A stretch of 64,000 nt of DNA, taken from Candidatus Nanoarchaeia archaeon. GTDB lineage: Archaea; Nanobdellota; Nanobdellia; Pacearchaeales; GW2011-AR1. The notes under the pieces are model-generated. The model ran no database searches. It worked only from the letters and a program-made list of their open reading frames with translations, and was not told where the DNA came from. Of the stretch, positions 26,071 to 35,023 are shown one piece after another; the first letter of the stretch is position 1; each line of letters begins with the position of its first letter. Position numbers and translations under genes: made by a program. Location of the stretch: the NCBI GenBank assembly GCA_041501125.1, contig JBGQNO010000001.1, positions 37,981 through 101,980 of the forward strand, given 5' to 3'.

Positions 26071-26661
26071 TCATGTCCCAGCAGCTGATGCTGCTTTTCC
26101 GGGTTCTTGTTTTGAAGACTCTGGCTGAATTGACAGAGCTGGCATAGGTGTAGGTGTTGATGAAACATGTTCAGCTTTACTGGATTCTGGTTTTGCAGAT
26201 TCTGCATCTGTTTGTTTTATGTAAGCTTTCAAAATCTGAGTGCTTATAGGGCTGTTAGGGTTTTCTTGTAAAATTTGAGGATATGGTCCAACATAATACT
26301 GTGCGCATAAACCCATGATATATTCGCGGACAACAATATGAGTTTTTGACTCAATCACGCTTCCTGTAACAGTGCTGTCTTTGTCAAGTCCATACCTCAG
26401 AGCCTCGCCAAGATAATGCCTAATCCATCTCTCTTTCCTTTCTATACGATGTTTGTATAACTCTATGTCCAAAACATTATCTTTTTGCTCCGTGACTTTT
26501 TCGCCTTCTTCCGGCTTTTTCTCAACAGGTTCTAAACTTGTTCTTAATATGTTAACATCCCTAATCAATCGTTCTAATGTTCCTACAAGCCATTTTTTTC
26601 TTTCTAATCCGTGCACTAATTCATTAACATTCTGAGCGCTGGTTTTTTCTTCAACTCCCAT
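26071..26661 (-). CDS. Orphan hypothetical protein with low-complexity tail
   Basis: About 200-aa ORF, P/S/A-rich C-terminus; start uncertain. Confidence 0.5.
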   Translation of the reverse strand: MGVEEKTSAQNVNELVHGLERKKWLVGTLERLIRDVNILRTSLEPVEKKPEEGEKVTEQKDNVLDIELYKHRIERKERWIRHYLGEALRYGLDKDSTVTGSVIESKTHIVVREYIMGLCAQYYVGPYPQILQENPNSPISTQILKAYIKQTDAESAKPESSKAEHVSSTPTPMPALSIQPESSKQEPGKAASAAGT

Positions 26662-26744
26662 ATCCTGAAAACACATTTTCAATTTATAAGAATTCGTATG
26701 TTTTACCCTAAGCTTTATAAACCATCTTTATATCCATAAGTCTT

Positions 26745-27182
26745 ATGTCAAATAATTTAGGTTCAAGAAGTTCAGACAATGAGCACTCAATTGATGGAAT
26801 TGTAATTCCAGATACACTGAAAGAAGGTTATTCATTAGAAAATATGCAAAATGTTATAGAAATACTCAGAGAGTCAGTTTCTAATCTTCAAGAGCTCACA
26901 AGAGAGCATATAATGCCTGCCAGTGAAGCAGCTAACATTGCACATGCCCTTTATGACAGGACCGAAATTATTGGCTGGCATCTTTTGCATAAAGATAAAG
27001 AGTTTAAAAAGAATGATGAAAGAAAGTACGGCAAGATGATAGACTGTGTTACAGATATCCATACAAATCTTTGCAAATTAATGATTGCTAAGGTTGTATA
27101 CTCGCCTAGCGAACTTGCAGAAAAAACAAGAGAGGAATATTTCCAATTGCATCCAGACCAATACAAAGAAGATGCAGCTTAA
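26745..27182 (+). CDS. Orphan helical hypothetical protein
   Basis: TTTATAAA box about 25 nt upstream of ATG. Confidence 0.6.
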   Translation: MSNNLGSRSSDNEHSIDGIVIPDTLKEGYSLENMQNVIEILRESVSNLQELTREHIMPASEAANIAHALYDRTEIIGWHLLHKDKEFKKNDERKYGKMIDCVTDIHTNLCKLMIAKVVYSPSELAEKTREEYFQLHPDQYKEDAA

Positions 27183-27193
27183 TTCTATTTAAA

Positions 27194-27445
27194 ATGAATG
27201 CCACTCAGGAACAGCCATCCACTCTTGTTGAAAGAATAAATTTTCTCAGAGAAGAGATGCGCAACAGAAGAAGACGCGGAGAATACTGCACAGCCCAGGG
27301 CATATTAAAAGACGGCAGTGATAATAAACACATAATTTGTAATTTTCCATACATTGAAAAATATTGTTGGCACAAATGTAATCAAATTCGTGGAGTTCGC
27401 TCAATGCACGATCTTTGCAATTATCGTCCGACACCTTTTGATTAA
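27194..27445 (+). CDS. Small Cys-rich hypothetical protein
   Basis: 83 aa with 5 Cys; follows previous ORF. Confidence 0.5.
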   Translation: MNATQEQPSTLVERINFLREEMRNRRRRGEYCTAQGILKDGSDNKHIICNFPYIEKYCWHKCNQIRGVRSMHDLCNYRPTPFD

Positions 27446-27494
27446 TATATTTCTTTGCAAGTAAGTTTATAAATTAAAGTTCGCTTTAATATGA

Positions 27495-28055
27495 ATGAGA
27501 AAAGAGGTGGAGAAAGTTTACATAGGTGTAGACGAATCTAATCATGGCAAATATCCAGAATATTTTGCAGCAGTCTTCTCGCCATTTGAATCAGATGTTA
27601 CAGCCAGAAAAATGAAAAAACAAAGAGAAAAATGCAAACATCAAAATCTTCTGTCAATGCTTGCGCGGGAAAGAGATTATTCTTTTTTAAGATTAGAAAA
27701 GCCCGATGATGAAAAATTAGGAAAAGATAAACTTGGAATTGTTATAGCTAGTTTAATCTCTGATTGTGTAGAAGATTATGAAATCAGAGGAAATTATACT
27801 GAATATGCAATTTTTGTCGATGGAATCATAGACAATAAATCAATCGGTCGAGCAAGAAGTATAGTCTCAGATTTGACAGAAATTGAGAAGCAATTTTTAA
27901 TAATCAAACCAAGCAGCGATGAAAGAATTCCAATTGTGAATTACGCTGATGAGCTTGCGCATTTCTTTTTTAGGCATACAACATCTCATGATCAAAATAC
28001 AAAATATTTGTCACACCACAAGGCATTGCTGAGGACAGGAGAAATAGCAGCATGA
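27495..28055 (+). CDS. Divergent RNase HII-like fold protein
   Basis: YIGVDESNHG N-terminal motif, IFVDG, DERIPIVNYAD (compare GxDEAGRG...D...D in RNase HII). Confidence 0.55.
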   Translation: MRKEVEKVYIGVDESNHGKYPEYFAAVFSPFESDVTARKMKKQREKCKHQNLLSMLARERDYSFLRLEKPDDEKLGKDKLGIVIASLISDCVEDYEIRGNYTEYAIFVDGIIDNKSIGRARSIVSDLTEIEKQFLIIKPSSDERIPIVNYADELAHFFFRHTTSHDQNTKYLSHHKALLRTGEIAA

Positions 28056-28885
28056 TAAACTACCTTGAAAAAATCTCGATAGAATTGAAGCTGAAAGGCT
28101 TTAGCGAGAAGACTGTAAAAATATATTCCTACTTTGTAAAAAAATATCTTGATAAGCTAGCTTTGGAAAACAAACAGCCTGAGAATGTAATCATTGATGA
28201 TATCAAGAGTTTTTTAGCAAGCTTGATTGACACCTACAGCAATAAATCAAGAGCATTGGCAACATCATCGCTTAGATTCTTCTACAAATCAGTAATGAAC
28301 AAGCCAGAAATTATGATTGGAATAGAAATTCCAAAGTCCGAGCAGTATCTTCCAAGTGTATTGACAAAAGAAGAAATTAAGAAACTTATCGATGCTGCTT
28401 TCACTGAAAAATCAAGATTAATCATGTCTCTTTTGTATTCTTCAGGCATCAGAGTCTCTGAACTTGTAAATATAAAAGTAAATGACATTGATTTTGAAAA
28501 TAAGCGCGGGGTTGTCCATGGAAAAGGAAACAAATCACGTCAGATTTTCCTGAGCGAAAATCTTTGCAAAGACTTAAAGGCATTTTTAGAGAAGAATCCC
28601 AATCAGAAATTCTTGTTCACAAGCAAGGAAGAAGCCCTGACAACAAGAAACATACAAAAAATAATCAAAAAAGCAAAAGAAAAAGCAGGCATAACAAAAA
28701 AAGTCACTCCGCACACTTTTCGCCATTCTTTTGCAACGCATTTGCTTGAAGCCGGCGTCGATATAAGAAAAATCCAGGTTTTACTTGGACATAGCAGGAT
28801 TGACACAACACAAATTTACACAAGAGTTTCTGGAAAAGAGCTTGAAAATATCAAGAATCCGCTTGATGGTTTGGAAAATGTGTGA
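28052..28885 (+). CDS. XerA/XerC-D-like tyrosine recombinase 2
   Basis: LPSVL, YSSGIRVSEL, GKGNKSR, HTFRHSFATHLLE, LLGHSRIDTTQIYT. Confidence 0.93.
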   Translation: MINYLEKISIELKLKGFSEKTVKIYSYFVKKYLDKLALENKQPENVIIDDIKSFLASLIDTYSNKSRALATSSLRFFYKSVMNKPEIMIGIEIPKSEQYLPSVLTKEEIKKLIDAAFTEKSRLIMSLLYSSGIRVSELVNIKVNDIDFENKRGVVHGKGNKSRQIFLSENLCKDLKAFLEKNPNQKFLFTSKEEALTTRNIQKIIKKAKEKAGITKKVTPHTFRHSFATHLLEAGVDIRKIQVLLGHSRIDTTQIYTRVSGKELENIKNPLDGLENV

Positions 28886-28886
28886 T

Positions 28887-29147
28887 TTATTCAATAATTA
28901 ATTCAAGAGTGTCTTTCAATATGATTTGATGCCCCTTAGATTTTTTAACTTCTTTTTTTAATTTCCAATACATATCTTTTGATAAAGTGATATCTGCTGT
29001 TTCAGAATCAGGCGTTAAATATGTGGTTATGTCATTGTCTTGTTTTAATCCAGTAAACTCAAGATGTAATTTCAGCAAATATCTTTTGCTTCGCGGTCTG
29101 TATATCAAATCTCGTTCACGAGCATATCCTGCAACTTTAATTTTCAT
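28887..29147 (-). CDS. Hypothetical protein
   Basis: MKIKVAGYARE...; TATA-like TTTAAA upstream. Confidence 0.5.
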   Translation of the reverse strand: MKIKVAGYARERDLIYRPRSKRYLLKLHLEFTGLKQDNDITTYLTPDSETADITLSKDMYWKLKKEVKKSKGHQIILKDTLELIIE

Positions 29148-29215
29148 TCCACGCTTACAATTGCTGCTTTTAAATCCTTTATTGCGCTTAAGAATATACA
29201 ACAAAAGCTAAGAAT

Positions 29216-29626
29216 TTATCTGTATGATTTCTGCATGCTTGCTCGTGCCTTACTGTCATTAGGTTTCCTGTCTTCCTTTCTTCTTGTGTCTGCAATAAGC
29301 AGATTTTTGTCATAAGCAGAGAATGCTTTCTTCAAGTCATTTGACCGTGTTGCCTTGATAAGAGCTCTTGCAATAGCAAGTCTTGCAGCTTCAATGCCTG
29401 CCTCTTGTCCGCCGCCATTCAATCTTATTGAAATATCATAATTCACATTTCCAAGAATGTTCTTGGCAATCCTCAAAGGCTCATCTATCATTAATTTTCT
29501 GAACATCGGTTGCAACTCATATGGCTTATTGTTGATGGTTACTTTGCCAGTTCCTTCTATGATTGTTGCCCTGGCTACACTCGCTTTTCTCTTTCCTGTA
29601 ACTACTATTTTGCTTTTGGTTTCCAT
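29216..29626 (-). CDS. rps9: 30S ribosomal protein uS9
   Basis: GKRKASVARA, GGGQ, C-terminal QKSYR. Confidence 0.96.
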   Translation of the reverse strand: METKSKIVVTGKRKASVARATIIEGTGKVTINNKPYELQPMFRKLMIDEPLRIAKNILGNVNYDISIRLNGGGQEAGIEAARLAIARALIKATRSNDLKKAFSAYDKNLLIADTRRKEDRKPNDSKARASMQKSYR

Positions 29627-29627
29627 A

Positions 29628-30044
29628 CTATTTTCCGCCTCTCAGGAATTTTGAAAGTTCTGCAAGCGCAATTCCTTTTACTTCTTCATTTCTTTTGCAG
29701 ATTATTTCCTTCTTGATATTCATGTAAGTTCCAGGCACGCCAGAATAACATTTGATTATTTTGAATGCTATCTTTCCTCGTCCTTCATTGTATTTCAGCA
29801 TTCCTCTTACAGTCCTTTTCATTATCTTCTCTGGCAAAGTCGGGAACAATGGCCCTTTCATCTTCATGTGCTTGCCCTTTTGTCTCATTATAATATATTT
29901 TTCAAAGATGCTATGCCTGTTTCCAGTTATAAATATTTTTTCACAATTCACAATAACAACTTCATTTCCCTGCAAAGCCTGCTTGGCAGCATAGCTAGCA
30001 ATTCTTCCCATAATGCATCCGTCAGCATCAATTACAATTGTCAT
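29628..30044 (-). CDS. rpl13: 50S ribosomal protein uL13
   Basis: IDADGCIMGRIAS, RTVRGML. Confidence 0.95.
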   Translation of the reverse strand: MTIVIDADGCIMGRIASYAAKQALQGNEVVIVNCEKIFITGNRHSIFEKYIIMRQKGKHMKMKGPLFPTLPEKIMKRTVRGMLKYNEGRGKIAFKIIKCYSGVPGTYMNIKKEIICKRNEEVKGIALAELSKFLRGGK

Positions 30045-30100
30045 TTTATTTCATGAAGCTTGTCCTCCACAAGCGAATGATTGAAAATTATTTATAATTT

Positions 30101-30469
30101 TCATTTTTTGAATATATTAAATTTAGTTCTTTGATTTCTATCAATTTCATCTTTTATCTTTCCAAAATCAATCTTGCTTTTCTTTAATTTATCTTCAGCA
30201 GATTTTGAAAATGAAAAAGCTATCAACCTGACCTTCTTGTTTAAGGCCCCTGTGCCTAAAACCTTTCCAGCAACCACAACAACATCTCCATCCTTGGCTT
30301 TCTTGTCAATCTCGTCCAAGTTTGCATCTATCATCCTTCTTGCTGGACACGAGAGCATTCCTGCAACCTCAACCCACATTCCATTCTTTTTTGCTTTCAG
30401 AATAGTTTCAACTAGTTCAGGATTAACCTTTCTTTGCATTTGTTTATCGATTAGTGTTTTTGATTTCAT
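30101..30469 (-). CDS. rpl18e: 50S ribosomal protein eL18
   Basis: VVVAGKVLGTG, FSFSKSA. Confidence 0.93.
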   Translation of the reverse strand: MKSKTLIDKQMQRKVNPELVETILKAKKNGMWVEVAGMLSCPARRMIDANLDEIDKKAKDGDVVVVAGKVLGTGALNKKVRLIAFSFSKSAEDKLKKSKIDFGKIKDEIDRNQRTKFNIFKK

Positions 30470-30665
30470 TGTAAACTTGACAGAAGTCTTGATATCGACT
30501 CCTGCTCAGCGCGATTAACTCGCAGGTTGAAACTTGAATTGGAGTATGCTTTATAAAACTTTCCAAATAATGTTTGATTCACTCTTGCTGCGGCGAACAA
30601 AACAAATGTTTGACATTGCTTACTGCGGACGCCTGATGGCGTTCCTCGTTATCGCAATGCGAACA

Positions 30666-30749
30666 TGCGGGGAGAAGGAATCGAACCCTCGCAGGCACTA
30701 AGCCACTTGGTCCTTAGCCAAGCCCGTTTGACCGCTCCGGCATCCCCGC
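30666..30749 (-). tRNA. tRNA-Leu(AAG)
   Basis: GCGGGGATGCCGGAGCGGTCAAACGGG CTTGG CT AAG GA CCAAG, long variable arm, GGTTCGATTCC, A73. Confidence 0.9.
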
Positions 30750-30795
30750 TTGTATGCAATTTTACAACTCTAAGAAATCAACTGGTTTTAAAACT

Positions 30796-31515
30796 TTACT
30801 CTAGCTCTTTCAAATTCTCTTTCAAAGCCTTTACAGCTTCAAACAGAATTTCCTTGGCAGGCATCTGTCCCCAGGATTCTATGCAGAACACGAGTTCCTT
30901 GCCTGGAGCAATCCTGAAATCAAGATTTTTGTCAGTATCATAAAAATCAGTCTTGTACTTATCAATCAACTTAATCTCTCCGTCTTTGAACTCAAGAATT
31001 CCCTTTGGATATCTTTCAATTATCTTGCTGTCTTTCTTGTTTCCTTCAAGTTCAGCAACATTTCGATAGTAAGCCAATCCAGGCGAATATTTTGTATGCT
31101 CAGTTCCTTTTCCAAGCCTTGCAAATGCAACAAGTTCAAGCTCCTGTCCTTCATTCAAGTACACTAAAGGTACATCGGAATAAACAGGCTTTGCGCTTCC
31201 TTTTAATTCCTTAGAATAAACAAATCCAGGCTCTTTAGCCCCAAGTTTCAATTGTATCGTGCACTTCGAGCAACCCTTGCCCTTGCAAGTGCACTGGTCT
31301 GGCATCTTCATGTCCTTGTCCATCTTCAATGGAAGAAGTCCAAGTCTTAATGCAAGAACTTCATCATAGAGAACAGAATCATTTTTAACAAACTCAACTT
31401 CATCAATTGCAAGAACCGGAATTTCAAGCACACTTCTCCTTATCGCATTCGCCAAGCTTTCTGACATTTCTGCTGCAAAGCAGATTTCTTCATTAGTGTT
31501 TTTTATTATTTTCAT
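30796..31515 (-). CDS. rpoD: RNA polymerase subunit Rpo3 (D)
   Basis: ANAIRR, NDSVLYDE.LA.RLGLLP, GKGTEHTKYSP. Confidence 0.95.
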   Translation of the reverse strand: MKIIKNTNEEICFAAEMSESLANAIRRSVLEIPVLAIDEVEFVKNDSVLYDEVLALRLGLLPLKMDKDMKMPDQCTCKGKGCSKCTIQLKLGAKEPGFVYSKELKGSAKPVYSDVPLVYLNEGQELELVAFARLGKGTEHTKYSPGLAYYRNVAELEGNKKDSKIIERYPKGILEFKDGEIKLIDKYKTDFYDTDKNLDFRIAPGKELVFCIESWGQMPAKEILFEAVKALKENLKELE

Positions 31516-31856
31516 TTTTTAACCTCATTCCAGTCTATTTTCTCTCGCTTAGCATTACCTATTGTGAAGCCATTAGGATATCGTTTTTTGAGTTTTTCAA
31601 TATTTTCATTTAATACGTCCTCAAGTTTCCAGCCGAAGAAATTGCAAATCATTGCTATATACCATAAAGTATCTCCCAAGTTTTCTTTTATTCCGGGCTT
31701 TACATCGTTGTCATGGGCAAATGTTTTCTTTATGCAGCCAGCCACATCCCCTGCTTCTCCCGCCATTCCTAAGCCCCATGTAAATATTTCTGCCTGCTCA
31801 CTATCAAATTTCTTTGCAGTTATCTTGCACGCTTCCTGATACTCATTAAGGTTCAT
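31512..31856 (-). CDS. MazG-like nucleotide pyrophosphohydrolase
   Basis: GMAGEAGDV, ENLGDTLWY, NIEKLKKRYP. Confidence 0.88.
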   Translation of the reverse strand: MNLNEYQEACKITAKKFDSEQAEIFTWGLGMAGEAGDVAGCIKKTFAHDNDVKPGIKENLGDTLWYIAMICNFFGWKLEDVLNENIEKLKKRYPNGFTIGNAKREKIDWNEVKK

Positions 31857-32236
31857 TATACTCTCCTTCCTCTTTTTCCGCCCTTCTTCTTTGGACCGCC
31901 GCGAGGAACGCAGCTTATTTCAACAATATTTAATATTTTTAATCCTTCTTTTGCAAGAGCCTTTACAGCAGAATGTGCTCCAGGTCCTGGACCCGGACTG
32001 TTTGTCTGTGCCTTAACTCGAACATACAGCGATGTAATTCCAAAATCCTTTGCCTGTTCAGCTGCTTTCTTGGCAACAAACATTGCAATTGTTGGATTTG
32101 CCTTTAATCTGTCATGCTTTGTTATCTGTCCGCCAGAAACCCGGCTGATTGTTCTTCCAGCCAGGTCAGTGATATGCACAATAGTGTTATTGAATGAAGT
32201 GTAGATATGAGCAATTCCAGCTATTTCATTTGTCAT
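31856..32236 (-). CDS. rps11: 30S ribosomal protein uS11
   Basis: HIYTSFNNTIVHITD, PGPGA, GGKRGRRV. Confidence 0.96.
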   Translation of the reverse strand: MTNEIAGIAHIYTSFNNTIVHITDLAGRTISRVSGGQITKHDRLKANPTIAMFVAKKAAEQAKDFGITSLYVRVKAQTNSPGPGPGAHSAVKALAKEGLKILNIVEISCVPRGGPKKKGGKRGRRV

Positions 32237-32724
32237 TGCATTTCTCCCTTCTTAGCTGCAACTTCTTTCAGAGGCTTTGCGAGAACTTCTATCTTGTGTT
32301 CCTCAGCAACATCTATAACATAGCTCGGAATATTAACAACTTTTTTATCAACCATAACATGCCTATGAGTTATCAGTTGTCTGGCTTGCTTTGGTGTTTT
32401 AGCCAGGCCTTTTGTGAATACAATTGTCTGCAGTCTTCTGTCAAGCCAGTCTTCTTTCTTCAATGCAAGAATATCAGCTATTTTTTCTACCTTCAGCCCA
32501 ATTTTCTTCAACTTTGTTATAAGAACATTTTTCTCTTCTTCTCCTCCAGTGATAAGCGCCTTTGCAATGTTCCTAAACTCTCGTATTCTGGCTTCTGCTT
32601 TCCAGATCTCTCTCTTCTTTTCAAGTCCGTATTTCTTGACTATTCCCGCTTCTACTTCGAATCGTGCCTTATCAAAAGGCTTTCTTGGCTTGCTGTATGT
32701 TTTTTTCTTTCTAATCCATGACAT
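32233..32724 (-). CDS. rps4: 30S ribosomal protein uS4
   Basis: YGL.KKREIW, LDRRLQTIV, ARQLITHRH. Confidence 0.95.
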   Translation of the reverse strand: MSWIRKKKTYSKPRKPFDKARFEVEAGIVKKYGLEKKREIWKAEARIREFRNIAKALITGGEEEKNVLITKLKKIGLKVEKIADILALKKEDWLDRRLQTIVFTKGLAKTPKQARQLITHRHVMVDKKVVNIPSYVIDVAEEHKIEVLAKPLKEVAAKKGEMQ

Positions 32725-32725
32725 T

Positions 32726-33274
32726 TTATTTCTTTATAGAGCTTTTAGTTACCCCAACTGTTTTGTTTTTCCTGAAGTGTGATCTTGTTCTCTGGCCCCT
32801 CACTGGCTGTCCCATGATATGCCTGATACCCTTGTAGCATCTTATCTTTTTCATTCGTTTAATATCAAATTCTTTTTGCAAATCCAAATCACTTCCAATC
32901 AGATGTTTGTTCTCGCCTGTGTCAAAATCTTTTTTCCTGTTCAAAAGGAAAGCAGGCAAATTTGGTTTTGCAATGAATTCAGAAATCTTTGTAATTTCAT
33001 CTTTGCTTAATTGTTCAATCTTCTTTGTCTTGTCAAGCCCAAGCTTATTGAGAACTGCATTTGAAAATGTCCATGAAACTCCTTTAATTCTTGTCAATCC
33101 AGCCAGAACTCTCTTGCTTCCTGGAATATCTGTTGCCAGAATCCTGATTAATGCTTCTGTTTCTTCGGCAATAGGCTCTGGTCTGCCCTTTTTCATTTCT
33201 TCAGGCTTTCCTTTCCTTGCTTCCTGATGCCTTTGCCTGCTTTCTTCTTGTCTTTTGTTTTGCTCTTCAGCCAT
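32726..33274 (-). CDS. rps13: 30S ribosomal protein uS13 (charged N-terminal extension)
   Basis: LTRIKGVS, YKGIRH..GQPVRGQRT; ATG at 33274. Confidence 0.95.
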   Translation of the reverse strand: MAEEQNKRQEESRQRHQEARKGKPEEMKKGRPEPIAEETEALIRILATDIPGSKRVLAGLTRIKGVSWTFSNAVLNKLGLDKTKKIEQLSKDEITKISEFIAKPNLPAFLLNRKKDFDTGENKHLIGSDLDLQKEFDIKRMKKIRCYKGIRHIMGQPVRGQRTRSHFRKNKTVGVTKSSIKK

Positions 33275-33275
33275 T

Positions 33276-33815
33276 TTATTTCGTGAACATCCTGTGTCTT
33301 TCATCCGGAGTTGTTAATTCAACCCAGATTCTTTTTTCAACTGCTTTTCGCGGATCAGGAATGTTTTGAATCCTGTTTTTGATATCCTCAAAGCTTTCGA
33401 ACGGCTTTTTCTCCCGCTCATTGATTATGTCCAAGGTATGTTTCTTGCCAAACCCTGGAAGCAGCTCAAGTTGATGCAATCTTGTATTTACTGCTTCTGC
33501 TTTGTTGAAAAAATCAACAAATTCCTTCTCTTTTTCTGTAATCACTGCCTTAATAAAGTCTTCTAATGTTAATTTTGCAGTCTGTGTAAGTTTTTCTGAG
33601 GGCAGTCTGCCAAGGATGTAGGATATCTGGTCTCTCTTGCCTGCACCGATATAAACTTTTTCATTCGGCTTGAGAGAAATTCCCCGCCTTGGAACAAGCT
33701 GTAATAGAGTAAGATTTTTAGTTCCTATAGCCTGGGCTACGGGAAGTGTTTTCCCTTCCAGAGGATATCCGTAAGGAAGGAAGTCTAAGACAATCGCATA
33801 TTCTTCTTTTTCCAT
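33276..33815 (-). CDS. DUF655 putative RNA-binding protein
   Basis: VLDFLPYG, FFNKA...TRLHQLELLPGFGKK, PFESFEDI. Confidence 0.9.
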   Translation of the reverse strand: MEKEEYAIVLDFLPYGYPLEGKTLPVAQAIGTKNLTLLQLVPRRGISLKPNEKVYIGAGKRDQISYILGRLPSEKLTQTAKLTLEDFIKAVITEKEKEFVDFFNKAEAVNTRLHQLELLPGFGKKHTLDIINEREKKPFESFEDIKNRIQNIPDPRKAVEKRIWVELTTPDERHRMFTK

Positions 33816-33820
33816 TTTCG

Positions 33821-34117
33821 CTATTTGTATTTCTTAACAACCTCAAGTATTTTATTGATTTCATCCTCGTTCAAACTAACATCAACAAAGATCTTATTCA
33901 AGTCTGATGCGTCTTCAGGCATCAAATCAATGACTTTGACTGCTGTATCTGGTTTCATCTTGATAATTTCAAGTTTGTCAAGCTCGTCTCGCATTTTCTT
34001 TGCCTCGTCAGGTTTCATCTTGCAGAATGTTTTTACAAATTTCTCTACTTCAGGCTTGTCCTCACTGACCATGCTCTTGACTTCTGCCAGACTCAATGGT
34101 TCTTGTTTTAATATCAT
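33821..34117 (-). CDS. rpoF: RNA polymerase subunit Rpo4 (F)
   Basis: VKVIDLMP; conserved L21e-RpoF-DUF655 order. Confidence 0.88.
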   Translation of the reverse strand: MILKQEPLSLAEVKSMVSEDKPEVEKFVKTFCKMKPDEAKKMRDELDKLEIIKMKPDTAVKVIDLMPEDASDLNKIFVDVSLNEDEINKILEVVKKYK

Positions 34118-34118
34118 T

Positions 34119-34373
34119 TTACTTTAATTTCACCAAGTGTATTGGTTTAATTATGTATCTCTTCTCCATTCCTAAGTCTTTAATCTTTATCATGTATGCC
34201 CTGCCGACCTTTTTCTCAACTACACCCGTATTTCCCTGTATCCTTGCTGGGAAACTTCCAGTTTCCGAGAGTTCTCGGAATACAGTAACCCTGTCTCCAG
34301 GCTCCAGTTTCTGAAACATGCGACTAAGTTTGATTTTTCCTTTTTCTCTTGTTCCTTTATGCTTCTTTTTCAT
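34119..34373 (-). CDS. rpl21e: 50S ribosomal protein eL21
   Basis: GDRV, PARIQGNTGVV, PIHL. Confidence 0.92.
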   Translation of the reverse strand: MKKKHKGTREKGKIKLSRMFQKLEPGDRVTVFRELSETGSFPARIQGNTGVVEKKVGRAYMIKIKDLGMEKRYIIKPIHLVKLK

Positions 34374-34376
34374 TTT

Positions 34377-34682
34377 TTATCGTTTTCTGAACATATGCTC
34401 AATCTCTGCAAGGATTTTCTCGAAAACCCCTGCCAGAGCAACATATAGATTATAATCTGTTTCCTTTGAACTGATAATATTTCCTTTCATTATCAAGTCG
34501 CCTTCAATCTCGTGAAGGAAACTCTTTCCATGCATTGACTTTTTCAGTCTCAGTTTTAACTCATCATAGGTCTTTACACGATCTTCTATCTTTCCAAGGT
34601 ACTTTTCCAGTACTTCATTAACCTTCTCCTTTTCAGAGGCATCGAGATTAAATCCTGACAACGACAGCTTTTTATCTTGCAT
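34377..34682 (-). CDS. HPF/RaiA-like ribosome-associated protein
   Basis: beta-alpha-beta-beta-beta-alpha pattern ending DYNLYVALAGVFEKI. Confidence 0.6.
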   Translation of the reverse strand: MQDKKLSLSGFNLDASEKEKVNEVLEKYLGKIEDRVKTYDELKLRLKKSMHGKSFLHEIEGDLIMKGNIISSKETDYNLYVALAGVFEKILAEIEHMFRKR

Positions 34683-34707
34683 TTTTTACACTTTTAAGTG
34701 GTATTTT

Positions 34708-34938
34708 TCATTTAAAAGCTTTTTTATAACTTTCCTTTTCGATTTCCCGCAGGTCTTTATTCTCCAATTGTGAGCCCACAAATCCCTGGTTCAAATCGCC
34801 CTTATCCTTGGCTCTTTCCATGCCGTCTTTTATCGCCTTAAGCATTTTTTCTCCCCATACACCTCTTCCGCATACTTCGCAAAAGTCAATGACACTTTCT
34901 TCTGCTATCTGCTTCTTGCAATAAATACATTTTTTCAT
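34708..34938 (-). CDS. Small zinc-finger protein
   Basis: CIYC...CEVC, VWG motif. Confidence 0.7.
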   Translation of the reverse strand: MKKCIYCKKQIAEESVIDFCEVCGRGVWGEKMLKAIKDGMERAKDKGDLNQGFVGSQLENKDLREIEKESYKKAFK

Positions 34939-35023
34939 TTCAGAAATAGCTTTAAGCAGTTTTTAAATTTAATCTATATTCATTAATAGTAACCTTTTTA
35001 AATCGTCCCTAATTCAAACAAAC

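Noticed and set aside
26301..26311. TGTGCGCATAA resembling the XerC arm of bacterial dif
   Set aside because: Inside an ORF with no matching right arm.
24600..28885. Classical integron
   Set aside because: Both recombinases are about 280 aa with no evident IntI-specific insertion, and no attC-like repeats were found between the intervening ORFs, which have their own promoters.
30665..30943. ORF-track entries overlapping tRNAs or 5S (30665-30943, 36381-36575, 5' extensions of 35280-35663 and 35885-36541)
   Set aside because: Artefacts of RNA genes.
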